Below are positions 11,571 to 23,400 of a DNA stretch of 64,000 nucleotides, one piece after another. The stretch comes from Podarcis gaigeae. Taxonomy: Eukaryota. The notes beneath the pieces were generated by a model. It searched no databases. It was not told where the DNA came from and saw only the letters and a program-made list of their open reading frames with translations. The translations under genes were made by a program, and so were the position numbers. Where the stretch lies: NCBI GenBank assembly GCA_964106915.2, contig OZ066920.1, one strand, 5' to 3'. Within the stretch, counting starts at the first letter, position 1; each line of letters starts with the position of its first letter.

Positions 11571-12106
11571 ATAAAAAAAATATTATTTATACCCGATACA
11601 GGGTTGCCTAAAAATCTATGAAAGTTAATTTCATTGGGTTTCAAGTATCAGCTACCTAATTTGTAACTAGCATGAGTAATAAAAACTATTGATGACTGGC
11701 AAAGCACTTCTGGCAGGTGTTAGGGGGTGGGGGTGCTGCTGAAAGTGCAGCAAGGACACATGCTACTGCCAGCAATATTCTTGCCTGCAATAGCCTATGT
11801 ATGGCTTCAGAATGGTCTGGAGCAGGTCGAGCTGTCATTTCTTGGTTAGTGGCCTGACTTGGGTGTATATTTACTGCTTTGGAGTCTGCAGCTTTATCAG
11901 TGGGATGTTCTGTGAGTTATGGACATTCATCTAAAATACATGTTTCCAGGCACTTGGAGCTAATAAGCTGCTAAAAATTAATTTCTAGAGCTAGTGAAGA
12001 GAGATGCCATTGGTCTTGTTACTCCTGCAAAAAAAAAAGGGTTTTTTTTTTAATATCTCTACTGATCTTCATTTGTGTTAACATGAGAAGCATCTTTCTG
12101 CTACAG

Positions 12107-12273
12107 GACTTATGCGAGATGATACAGTGTATGAAAACGAAGATGTGAAAGAAGCGATAAGGAGACTTCCTGAAGATGTACGTAATGAGAGATTATTTCG
12201 CATCAAGAGAGCGTTGGACTTGTCCATGAGGCAACAAATCCTTCCAAAAGAACAGTGGATAAAATATGAAGAG
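12107..12273 (+). CDS. UQCRB: UQCRB coding exon 3 (167 bp)
   Basis: ctacag acceptor and GAG|gtatgg donor. Translation [22 protein letters not shown]...[25 protein letters not shown]. Confidence 0.97.
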
Positions 12274-13873
12274 GTATGGTTGCATACCCATATAATAAGA
12301 GTCAACCTAGTTTTCTAGGGAAGGCTGGTTGTAAGCTAACATAAATATTATGTTCAGCATAAATATTATGTTCTCCCATTAATCGGAGTTTTCTGGAAAT
12401 CTTTGTATCAAATCTTCCAGTGCCCTAAAGACTCAATTAGGATGTAGCTTAGCATATTCAATAAGTATAGTTGGACTTTAATTAACACTTCGGTTTATAA
12501 GTAGGTGTGTGTGAGAGAGAGAATTATACATGCACACTTCCTGAGAATAAATACATGAAAAGGGTTAATTATAATTTGAAACTGCCCAATTTTGCTGGTA
12601 TAGCCATTCATTGTAACCAACTATGAAATGATGCATTTTTTTAGAAAGAAATGCATTTTTTACACAGAAAAGGTGTAGTAGTGGGAAATTTTCCATCCCA
12701 CATCATTGTTTCCTTGTCAGACAACATAAGGTACTGGATTTATCCAAACTAAGTCATGATTTAGTCCCATTGAAATCAAATAAGTTATTTATCATGACTT
12801 AAGTCCCATTGATTTCCGTTGTATTAAAGCATGACTGACTTAAGTATGACTTTAAACCACTGAATGGTGTCTGTTCATAATATTGATTATTACTTTGATG
12901 AATTGAGTTGAGTATTGGTTAACTCTTGTGATGCTAATCTAAGGCTGTAGATTAGCTTCTGGGTGGATGGAATGTTCATGGTTCAGTTCATAACTTTGAG
13001 GGGAATAGAACTTGCAGAAAACCTACTCTGTGATTCTTCAGCAAAAACATGGCTGGGAGGAGATAAGGGAACACTCACACTTTTCACTCACAGCACATGA
13101 GTGGAAACAGGCTATGTGAGCAGTCTGCCAAAAGACCCAGCAGATCTAGATCACAGCCAGAAACTTGCATGTGATCGTGATAACTGAATACATCTTCGAA
13201 CATAATGTGGTTGGGACAACTTAACCTTAGAAATCAAGTCTTCCCTGCTGATCACGTCTTGCTTTGGGAGGATATATTTGTCTCCTTATTAATCTGCTGT
13301 TTGTCAGGTTTGGTGCAGTAAAACCTAATTTTATGAAACTTAATAGTGCATAAACCTTCAGGTACTTTATACATGACTTGTAGTATTGTATAAGTTGAGC
13401 CTTGCAGGAGGGGTTATAATTCTATCTCCATATATATTTTTTTTAAATGGTTCTCTGTTCTGTCATAGTTGAGCATGAGCAAAATATAGAATCCAAGGGC
13501 AGTGTTGTGTAGAGAAAGTCAAGCTTTGTCATAATCTGCCCCATAAGAATCTGTAAAACAAAGTAAGATAGTTCTAATATAGATCAGAGTTGTTAAGGGA
13601 CAAAATCTTTTCACACCAAGCACTGGGATCACCAGGGGTAAAGGGCAGTGCTTGCCTCAGACAGTTTTTCATCCCATACCAGTGATGCCACCCATTACTT
13701 ATATAAGAAAAAGTAAAACAAAAACAAAAAACGGCATATGGGGCAAAGTTGCAGTGTAACCAAAACCTTTAATGTCACATAGTCTAGCCACCAACAGCTT
13801 GACCTGCAGCTTGGGCATGCTTTACAGAGGAGAAGACAGTGAAATGGAGATCATTGCTGGCTAACAACTAGTA

Positions 13874-14095
13874 CAGTGGTACTTCGGGTTAATAACTTAA
13901 TTCGTTCTGGAGGTCCGTTCTTAACCTGAAACTGTTCTTAACCTGAGGTACCACTTTAGCTAATGGGGCCTCCCACTGCTGCCACGCCACTGCCGTTTTC
14001 TGTTCTCATCCTGAAGCAAAGTTCTTAACTCGAGGTACTATTTCTGGGTTAGCGGAGTCTGTAACCTGAAGCGTCTGTAACCCGGGGTAGTACTG
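13874..14095 (-). mobile_element. Tc1/mariner MITE copy 1 (UQCRB intron 3)
   Basis: TA|cagtggtac ... gtactg|TA ends. It is the reverse complement of the family seen at 14103 and 34634. Confidence 0.88.
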
Positions 14096-14102
14096 TACAA
14101 TA

Positions 14103-15425
14103 CAGTGGTACCTCAGGTTACAGACGCTTCAGGTTACATACGCTTCAGGTTACAGACTCCCCTAACCCAGAAATAATACCTTGGGTTAAGAACTTTGCTT
14201 CAGGATGAGAACAGAAATCGCGCAGTGGCGGCGTAGCAGCAGGAGGCCACATTAGCTAAAGTGGTGCTTCAGGTTAAGAACAGTTTCAGGTTAAGAACGG
14301 ACCTCCGGAACGAATTAATTATGTAACCAGAGGTAATAATAATAATAATAAATTTTATTTATATCCCGCCCTCCCCAGCCGAAGCCGGGCTCAGGGCGGC
14401 TAACAACACTAAAACAGTACAACATTATAAAACATTATAAAAATGAATTAAAATCAAAATTAATGGCAACCATAAACTAAAGTCTTGTAAAGATTGCCAA
14501 AGGAGGGAGTCAGGCTGCGCCCTGACCAAAGGCCAGGTGGAACAGCTCTGTCTTGCAGGCCCTGCGGAAAGATGTCAAGTCCTGCAGGGCCCTTGTCTCT
14601 TGTGACAGAGCGTTCCACCAGGTTGGAGCCGCAGCCGAAAAAGCCCTGGCTCTAGTTGAGGCCAGCCTAACCTCTCTGTGGCTTGGGACCTTCAAGGTGT
14701 TTTTATTTGAAGACCGTAAGTTCCTCTGTGGGGCATACCAGGAGAGGCGGTCCCGTAGGTACAAGGGCCCTAGGCCATATAGGGCTTTGAAGGTTAAAAC
14801 CAGCACCTTAAACCTGATCCTGTACTCCACCGGGAGCCAGTGCAGCTGGTATAGCACCGGATGAATGTGATCTCTAAGCGAAGACCCCGTAAGGAGTCTC
14901 GCTGCGGCATTCTGCACCCGCTGGAGTTTCTGGGTCAGTCTCAAGGGCAGCCCCACGTAGAACGAGTTACAATAATCCAGTCTGGAGGTGACCGTCGCGT
15001 GGATCACAGTGGCTAGGTCAGGGCGAGAGAGGTAAGGAGCCAACTGCTTAGCTTGGCGGAGATGAAAAAATGCCGCCTTTGTTATAGCTGCAATCTGCGC
15101 CTCCATGGAGAGGGAGGTATCGAAGATTACACCCAAACTCTTAACGGACGGTGCTGGCACTAATTGCACCCCCGCAAGAGATGGGAGTTGCCCCCTCAGT
15201 CCCATGTCGTCCCGTCCCAGCCAGAGGACCTCTGTCTTCGAAGGATTTAACTTCAACCGGCTCCCACGAAACCATCCAGCCACAGCCTCCAAGCATCTGA
15301 TCAGTGTGTCTGGGGCCGAGTCCGGGTGGCCGTCCATCAACAGATAGAGTTGGGTGTCATCAGCATACTGATGGCAGCCCAGCCCAAAACTCCGGACAAG
15401 CTGGGCGAGGGGGCGCATACCACTG
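14103..15425 (+). mobile_element. Tc1/mariner MITE copy 2, right TIR interrupted by L2 (14103-14335 plus 15420-15425)
   Basis: TA|cagtggtacctc left end. The right TIR gaggta|ccactg-TA is split, with gaggta at 14330-14335 and ccactgta at 15420-15427. Confidence 0.85.
14336..15419 (-). mobile_element. 5'-truncated young L2 LINE (RT domain YADD to C-terminus, 3' UTR, (TTA)n tail)
   Basis: Uninterrupted 302-aa ORF 14510..15418 with HQYADDTQLY, LKLNPSKTE, SRLDYCNS and LHWLPV. Its 3' tail is homologous to the L2 at 1-735. Confidence 0.93.
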
Positions 15426-15958
15426 TACTGAGTGAAAGATGTCTAGAGGTGTATCAGTGTTATTTGCAAATCTAGCTGCAGCAAACACAAATCCAGCAAC
15501 AACTTAAAAACTAACAAGTATTATGGCATAAGCCTTCATGAACTAGTCTTCTAGTCATTGGAAATTTGTGCTATGATAAATTTGTTAAGAGTCAGTAGCA
15601 CCCTCAAAGCTTTTGATTTTTGGTGGTGAAAGATTTCTTAACAGACGCTTGACTTATTTAAGGGCTTAATTGTAAACATGTTTAAACGCAAGACTCAAAA
15701 GTTAGACTGATTCTGTATGACAGTTTCAGTGACCGATAAGATGTTTCGTAGGGCAGATGCATTACTAATCACACAAATTTAGGGAAATGACTCTACAAGT
15801 AATAATTGTAGCAGGAAAGACCAGTTGGTGAATTATGGATTAAGCATTTTAAATTTAGGTCTGCCTGCTCTGTTCCTGAAATGGTGGTGAAGTATCAGAT
15901 AATCCATGTTACTGTTGATGCTGCTCTTACAAAAATGAAATGTCCAATATCCTTAACA

Positions 15959-15994
<36 letters not shown>

Positions 15995-16000
15995 TTTTAG

Positions 16001-16078
16001 GACAAACATTATCTTGAGCCATATCTGAAAGAAGTCATCCGTGAAAGACTTGAAAGAGAAGAGTGGGAAAAGAAATAG
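16001..16078 (+). CDS. UQCRB: UQCRB coding exon 4 (DKHYLEPYLKEVIRERLEREEWEKK*); cytochrome bc1 complex subunit 7
   Basis: (CT)n(T)n-ag acceptor. Exons total 19+72+167+78 = 336 nt, giving 111 aa plus stop, the standard UQCRB length. Confidence 0.96.
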   Translation, partial: DKHYLEPYLKEVIRERLEREEWEKK

Positions 16079-16216
16079 CTGCTGCTGCAATGCACTTCAG
16101 AAAAATGTTTTCTTTTAAGTTTTAAATTATTTTGTTCAGGTAGGGGTCTACTGAGAAAATCTGGGTGTGGAGAAATCTCATGTAAATCTTTCCTCACTTA
16201 ATATTCATCCACCTAA

Positions 16217-16222
16217 AATAAA
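16217..16222 (+). terminator. UQCRB proximal polyadenylation signal (second AATAAA at 16634)
   Basis: AATAAA about 140 nt after the stop codon. Confidence 0.6.
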
Positions 16223-16829
16223 CATTACCAAATCTACTTGGAATCCTTTCTCCTAATTTGCAAGGAATTGGTTCAAGTCTTTTCAGCTTCATTGCATACT
16301 AACATGGTGATTTGTGATCTTCATTCCAGCTGTTTGAGTAATTCTTTTTGTCATAATACAGATGTTTCCTGCAGCTGGATGGGTAGATAAGCAACAACCT
16401 TTGCTGTTTGTTTCTGTTCTTCTGATTCATTTCTTAAAAGGGATGCCCATCTGCAGAATGACTATATAGCCATCATCGCCTCTTGTCTCTGGAGGTGGGA
16501 ATGCAGACACACTTAAGTATTCAGCAGCAGCAACACTAGATAGAGATTACGTAATCCCTATCGTGTCTACCCAAACAAATGAAACGCTGCATTAATAGAT
16601 GCTTTTGGAATTTGTGTTTCTTGCCAATCTTTAAATAAAAGCAATTGCCTCATTTAACCTGAATTAGTTACTTGGATTTATTTGCTGAATTACTAAGGCA
16701 TACCTAGTATACTTTAGCCATGCTGAATTACTAAAGTATACAGTCCTGAGCACACTTCTGGAGTAAAAGTTTCTTCAATACTCTACATATGGAGGCACGT
16801 ATACCACCTTACCACCTGCTAAATGTAGC

Positions 16830-17421
16830 CAGGGCCAGATTTACGTTTGATGAGGCCCTAGGCTACTGAAGGTAACGGGGCCTTTTATATGTCCAGCTGT
16901 TCTTTGTCAACAACAAATTGTCGCTGTTTTTTGTGTTGAATATATGCTATATGGTAATTGCAAGTAGATAAATAGGTACCGCTCCGGCGGGAAGGTAAAC
17001 GGCGTTTCCGTGCACTGCTCTGGTTTGCCAGAAGCGGCTTAGTCATGCTGGCCACATGACCCGGAAGCTGTCTGCGGACAAACACAGGCTCCCTCGGCCT
17101 ATAGAGTGAGACGAGCACCGCAACCCCAGAGTCATCCGCGAATGGACCTAATGGTCAGGGGTACCTTTAACTTTACCTAATTTATATGAGCAAACCAGTG
17201 ATATTTTAGGGAGCAGACTAGGAGGTGGGGCCCATTACTTACATCATAGGAGCCAACACAAAACACTGTTGCTGTATGTAGGTTTTATTTTATTAGTTTT
17301 TTTATCTTATATTTTGGAAATGTACATCTAGTGTTTTTTCCTTTAAATTTTTTTGGGGGGCCCCAAGAGAGTGGGGCCCTAAGCTTATAGCTTGTTTAAC
17401 TTATATGTAAATCCGGCACTG
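16830..17421. mobile_element. Non-autonomous hAT element with nested Sauria SINE
   Basis: TIRs cagggccagatttacg / tgtaaatccggcactg. 8-bp TSD aatgtagc / gatgtagc. Confidence 0.8.
16960..17177 (+). mobile_element. Sauria SINE, 5'-truncated
   Basis: Body tgcaagtagataaataggtaccgctccggcgggaaggtaaacggcg... with an (accttt)-like tail and a short TSD taatt. Confidence 0.88.
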
Positions 17422-17609
17422 GATGTAGCCCTTGTGTTGTGGCTTCTTTACCCTGGCCTTTGATACTTTATATGTATATAAAACTTTAGTTGTGATTGTA
17501 ATGTGTTTTAAACTGTTTTAATGCTGTGTTTTATATTCCTGAAACCTGCCCTAGGACCTTCTGGTGATGGGCAGAAAATAAATAATATTGATTTGTTCTC
17601 TCATTCATA

Positions 17610-17668
<59 letters not shown>

Positions 17669-17670
<2 letters not shown>

Positions 17671-17821
17671 GTGCTTTTTTCTGGGGGGACGCAGGGGTAT
17701 TCTATTCATACCCCTAAACATTTTTGTGAATTTAAGTTTGGCCTCATTGAGGAGCAGTATTTCAATATGAGAAGGAAAATGAGAGTACCCCTAAACATTT
17801 TTTTTTAGAAAAAAAGCACTG
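17669..17821. mobile_element. Short TIR MITE next to a (TA)n(CA)n microsatellite
   Basis: TIRs cagtgcttttttct / agaaaaaaagcactg. The ends resemble those of 30950-31076. Confidence 0.7.
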
Positions 17822-19507
17822 TACACAAACACATCCACGTGCAATAGTTCATAAACTATGTTGTATTATATAACTGTTTTTTCTATAAGCTACAGGAAAG
17901 CACTTTTCTCCTTTGGAGAATCAGATTGCTAGTGTGAAATAAAGAAGTATGAGGTTTGTGATTGCTGAGCTGCAGGTGGCGCCTGGGGCTCATCGATCTG
18001 TCAAAGAGCAAGTGAACGGAGTCCTCCTTTCAGATGCTACAGCAAAAGCTGGCAAAGCAGAGGTACAAGCGACTAATGAGGCTCTCCTCCTTGCTTCTTG
18101 ATTATGCACAAATGTGCTCTGTGGTGCAAGCTGGCTGTTGTCGACATCTCCGGTTCCCCATCTGTTGATTACTTTCATAAACTCTACATGCCTCCGTGTG
18201 CTGAATACAAAATTAATCTACCCAGATTCTCTTTTAAAAGACATACCATTTTCCAAGACTAGAAGTACACATAATCTGGCTATGTTTTGAAACATACTTA
18301 AGAATGCAGAGTAACTCATCTACATAGCAGTTACAGAGTAACTGTAGCAAAATGTTTCAAGAGTTAGAAGAAACTAATTCTGATTCACCGAATGCTCCAA
18401 TTTTATGCCTTAGAAACAGGAGCATCTGAATTTGCAATTCCTAGGTAAAGTTTGTCCCCTACCAGCAGCAGGCAGTTCAAGGGCTTCCCCAATTCCAATT
18501 CCTTTCTGTAGTGAACTGCTTTTCTGTCCTCAGCACAGAAAGAGAAAACTTCTAAATGAAGAGGACAGAATTCTGTTGAATTACAAAATTGCTGTAAAAT
18601 GGAAGATTTCCCCCCCAGAAAGGCCCCTTAAGGGAAATCTTACTAAGTGCAGCACCATATACCCCATTGTCTTAATCTGGTGAGGCATAATGGGAGCAAT
18701 TGAATAAAACTTGCAGAAGATAATTTGTGGGTTTATTGAATTCTTTCTTGAAAGACTGTGGCCGAAACTGAATTCAAAGGTAGCAGCACTTTACTTTGGG
18801 TGAGGGAAATTCAGACAAAGCGTATAAAGAGATCTAGAGCAAAGAATGGTTGGGAAGAAAGAGGGGTCTCAACCCTTTCAGAATGTAAGAAGTCTCTGCT
18901 GGGTCAGCTCAACGACTCATCTAGTCCAGCATCTTAGTCTCTCAATGCCTGACCAGATTCCTATGGGAAGTCTGAAACCAGGACCTGAGCTCCCTTCCCT
19001 CTGCTTTGCCACCAGTTTTCTCTCTCTTGGCAGGGGTTATTTTAGCACAGGTGTAGCCAGCCTGGTGCCATCCAGATGTAGTTTAAATCAAATTCCCATA
19101 ATCTTTGACTAGTGGCCATACTGACTTGGGCTGATGGGAATCCCAACAACAACTGGAAGAGAAAAATAGGTGCAGTCAAGAAATGTAAAGGATTAGTTTC
19201 CTTCCCCCCTCCCACCAAATAAATGTCTTATAATCCTGCATGCACATGTGTGCACATGTAGTGTTCTCTAAAACTCATTGATGGCATAGTTTTTACACCC
19301 TGATACGCCATTATCACTTGCAGTTTTAGTCCTACCAAATGCTAGTCCTTTCTACCCTAATAAAACTAAGAAACTCTTTCCATAGAATGAATGGAAAGAG
19401 TTTGCCTTGGTTGTCTGTAATTTGCCTCTCCTTTTTAAGTGTTCCCCAGAACCACTGCTCATACATAACTACATACATACATAAATAAATACATACCTAA
19501 TTGAAAT

Positions 19508-19891
19508 GGTAAAGGTAAAGGACCCCATGACAGTTAAGTCCAGTCAAAGGCGACTATGGAGTTGCGGTGCTTGTCTCACTTTCAGGCTGAGGGAGTTGGC
19601 GTTTGTCCACAGACAGCTTTCCAGGTCATGTGTCCAGCATGAATAAACCGCTACTGGCGCAGGGAGGACCGTGACAACTGCCAGAGCGCGCGGGAATGCT
19701 GTTTACCTTCCCACTACAGCGGTACCTATTTATCTACTTGCACAGGCATGCTTTCGAACTGCTAGGTAGGCAGGAGCTGGGACAGAGCAACAGGAGCTCA
19801 CTCCATTGTGCAGATTTGATCTGCCAACCTTCTGATCGACAAGCCCAAGAGGCTCAGTGGTTTAGACCACAGCGCCACCCACATCCCTTGT
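19508..19891 (-). mobile_element. Sauria SINE, full length
   Basis: tRNA-like head at the right end and (aaaggt) tail at the left. 11-bp TSD ctaattgaaat at 19497-19507 and 19892-19902. Confidence 0.9.
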
Positions 19892-20267
19892 CTAATTGAA
19901 ATATTGAACTCTTGACTGGTGGTGATTGATCTTTGATGGTAAAGTAGATTTGACGTCAGTACATCTGTGTGCTTGAACCCATATCAGTGCCAACTGCATA
20001 AAAACAGGGTCTGTAAAGGTAAGGAATGTTCTCTCCCTTGCCCTCCCACCCAAACTCCTTTTTGACAAAGTGCTAGGAAGTAAATTATGGGAGAAAGAAG
20101 ATTTGAGTTGGCTCCTCTTTCTCTAAAACTGACTAATGAGAGTAGATCTGAATTCAAGCACCTAAATCTGTGCAGAGCTCAAGTATTGTGTCGAGAGAGA
20201 TTTAATGAGTTTGCAGTACAGAAATGAATAATAACAAAATGCCCTAGTAACTATTAATAATAGGGGA

Positions 20268-20425
20268 GGGGCTGTAGATCAGCAGTAGAGTCAGTTCTTT
20301 GAATATAGAAAGGTCCAGGCTCAATCCGTGGTATTTCCAGTTAGGGCTGGGGAATTCTCTGCCTGAAACCCTGGACAGCCTTTGCCTCTCAGTGCAAATA
20401 ATTGACACAGTAAAGCAGCTTCCCA
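20268..20425 (+). mobile_element. tRNA-derived squamate SINE (degenerate)
   Basis: ggggctgtagatcagcagtagag...ctgaaaccctgga...aagcagcttcc. Same family as 1458-1649 and 62930-63100. Confidence 0.6.
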
Positions 20426-23400
20426 TTTTTCCAGAAATACCGTTAACTAAAACACATCTGAAACTGCATTGAAGCTGTTTAGCTGAATACTCAAAATGCA
20501 GTCACAGATCTGTATGTTCAGTTAGATTCCCATGTCAGGAAGGTAAGTGTGAGAATTTGCTGTTGTGTTGTTGTTTTTTGAGCAGGCACCAAAATGTGCA
20601 TCAGTTCAGATAAGCAGAAAGACAAAATACTGACTGTGTTGGCTTACTAGCCTTGTGACTAATCCACCATTCTAAGGTTTAGTAAGAATAAGAAATGCCA
20701 TGTTTTGGAATGGAAACAATAAAATAGCTTAGAAGAATTCTTCACCCTGGCACTAGATGGAGTTGTACCATAGATCAATAAAGCACTTCTTCAATTATTC
20801 TTTTTTAAATATATATAATTTCAAGATGACAGCTTCTTAAAGGTTTATAGCCCCGAGGGGAATTTACTACTAAGTCATGTACTGATGTAATGAAACCTAA
20901 TATATGCTGTGTAAAATGAATTATGAGATACTATTTAGTTTCAGGATTTTATTACTTCAATCATTTGTAGCTGTATTTCCTTTTATATTACTGCTCAATC
21001 TTTAAACAGACCAGATGACTGTATAAAGAACACCTAATAAAATCTGGAGATGTTAAAACACAAATGTTAAATGTTCTAACATGCTTGCTGTATTTTATTT
21101 TTTTAAAATGCTAGCTTTCCCATCACAGTGTTGGATATTTGGGAAATATAAGGGAAAAAGCTCTATGTAGATAGAAATCATGGGCTGCTGCCAGTCAGTG
21201 TAGACAATATTGGGCTAGATGGACAAGTGATATAACTCAGTATAATAAGGCAGCTTTCTATGTTCCTGAAGTGCTCCTTTGCTGCCGGGCTGACAAGAGG
21301 TGGTTTGGGCGTGTGAGAATTGGTTTGCACTGTGCCTGATGGTATTAGCAATAGCAGATACAGAATTTTTAGGGGAAGGACCAACAGCTCCATGTTACTC
21401 TATATGCTCTGCATACAGATTTAGAGGACCTGGAACTGCCAGCCAAATTAGATATCAGGTACTGGGGCTGGGGATAATTCTTTCCTGAAATGGTGGAGAA
21501 CCAATGTCATTTAAAAAAACTAGGATGGGCAACCTGTGGTTTTCCAGGAGTGGAATTATAACTCCATCACAAACCATTGGCCCATGGTAGCTGGAGCTAC
21601 TAGGAACTGGTATTTTTGAGCTGCTCTGGGAGCCTTTTTCTGTTTTTCTGAAAAACAGTGAGGGTAAAAAAATAAATTAACTATTGGCCAGCTTTATCCT
21701 TGCACAGACCTGGGTTTTATTACTTTGCTCACTTGTAGCTGTATTTCCTTGTGTGTTATTTCTCAGTCAATTTTATCTGTTTAACATCAATACAAGCAAA
21801 ATGATGGTTTTGTGTTTCAAAGGCTGTCCCTTTGCAAACTTTTGCTGCAGTGGAGTAGGTGATTGGGTTTTGGACAGTGTCCCAGCCAAACACTACTGAG
21901 CTTTCTCATCAGTTAGAATCCAACACTGCAGGGTGTTGTATTTTTATCACTGAATTTTGCCAATGGACCTGCCTAAAGGAAGCAGTAACTTGAAACACTT
22001 TTTCTAGAGCCAAGACCTACAGAGGTAAAGTGGAATTTAATCTGATATTCACTTTCTTGGAACGTATTCTTTGCTCATGTTGTTTTATAGATACTGGATT
22101 AGGTTCCTCTCTCAGAACAGCATTTGGCCCTCTTGATTATCATTACAATGGAAATGGTTTGCCCACCCTGAAAACAAACAGAGCTTGCAGAGATCAGGGC
22201 AATGCCGCAAATGCAAGTATTGTTGCTTGGCGCTTGTTCTAGTCATTGTTGGCTAGAGTTAATTTCGCATACTTACAGGGAAGGGAGACTTTGGCATATC
22301 ACATTAGCATCTCTGTTATGGTTTAATGGCATTTCTCATTACTTGTTGTGCTCCTCTTTATTCATAGTGATTTATGGCTCTTAAATGAATGGTAATTCTA
22401 ATTTTGATTTCATCTTGTTCCATCCTGAAGTCTTGAGATGATGATCTAGCACTATATGAGTGAAATTCTATCAATAATGACTTTGTAATCTGCCAGAGTA
22501 TGCTGCAGACAAGCACAATGTTGAACAATACCAGCATGTGTATAACCCCAACTGCTCAATGCCTATTTTTGCTTTTAAAGTGTGCTTTGCTTCTGGAAAA
22601 GGAAAGGGCACAGATCTAATCAGGCCTCTATGGTGGCGATAGGGATGCGGGGAGAAATGTGATTATATTTGCATTTAAAGGCACCTGACCTAATCCACAC
22701 CTTTCGAAACAATATGTGAACTGAAAAACAGCCACCCTTTGACATTTGCACTCCTGATTTTTGCAACACTGTTCTCCAGGCAAGTAGTAATATGTAGAGA
22801 AAGGATATACTAGGCTAAAGTATGTATTTCAAATGCATATAATTAGTGAAAATAATGCTTTAAAATGCCTTATATAAGGGGAAAAACACTTTGCAAAAAT
22901 GTGTCTATCAGGGAAAATTGCTTTGCAATAATGTACTTGTGGCAAAGATTTTCTTTTTGAATCTTTAATTCAAATCTATTTCAGGATTTCTTTTAGATGT
23001 GGAGAATGCTACATGCTTTTTAAAAGCAAAATCCTTGCACTGGATCCCTTCCGTACTACACCAAATACTCCTGAATCAAATTATCCAGGCAGGGGGTTAG
23101 CTAATTGCTTGGCCTTTTCCTATCAGTTGAGGAAATGATCCCTCCCACTTATTTTGGCCACTTCCCTACATTTTGTGTGTTTTACTCTTGCCAAATCCTT
23201 TGGCTGAAGAAGAGTGGCTCCCCTCCTTCCCCCTCAAAAAAAAATCTAATAATAATCTGTAGCTCTTTAAATGCTTGGGAAACAAATCAGGGTCTCTCTT
23301 TACTGCTTCCTTTTTACTGTGTGGTGATAACATTTTTACCAGCATACAGCACTGTACCTACAAAACAAATTGCGGGACAAGTATTAAAATCCTGTTTATG

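Noticed and set aside
16683-16741. 21-bp imperfect direct repeat (and a 16-bp one at about 12341-12373)
   Set aside because: These are ordinary local slippage duplications with no further structure.
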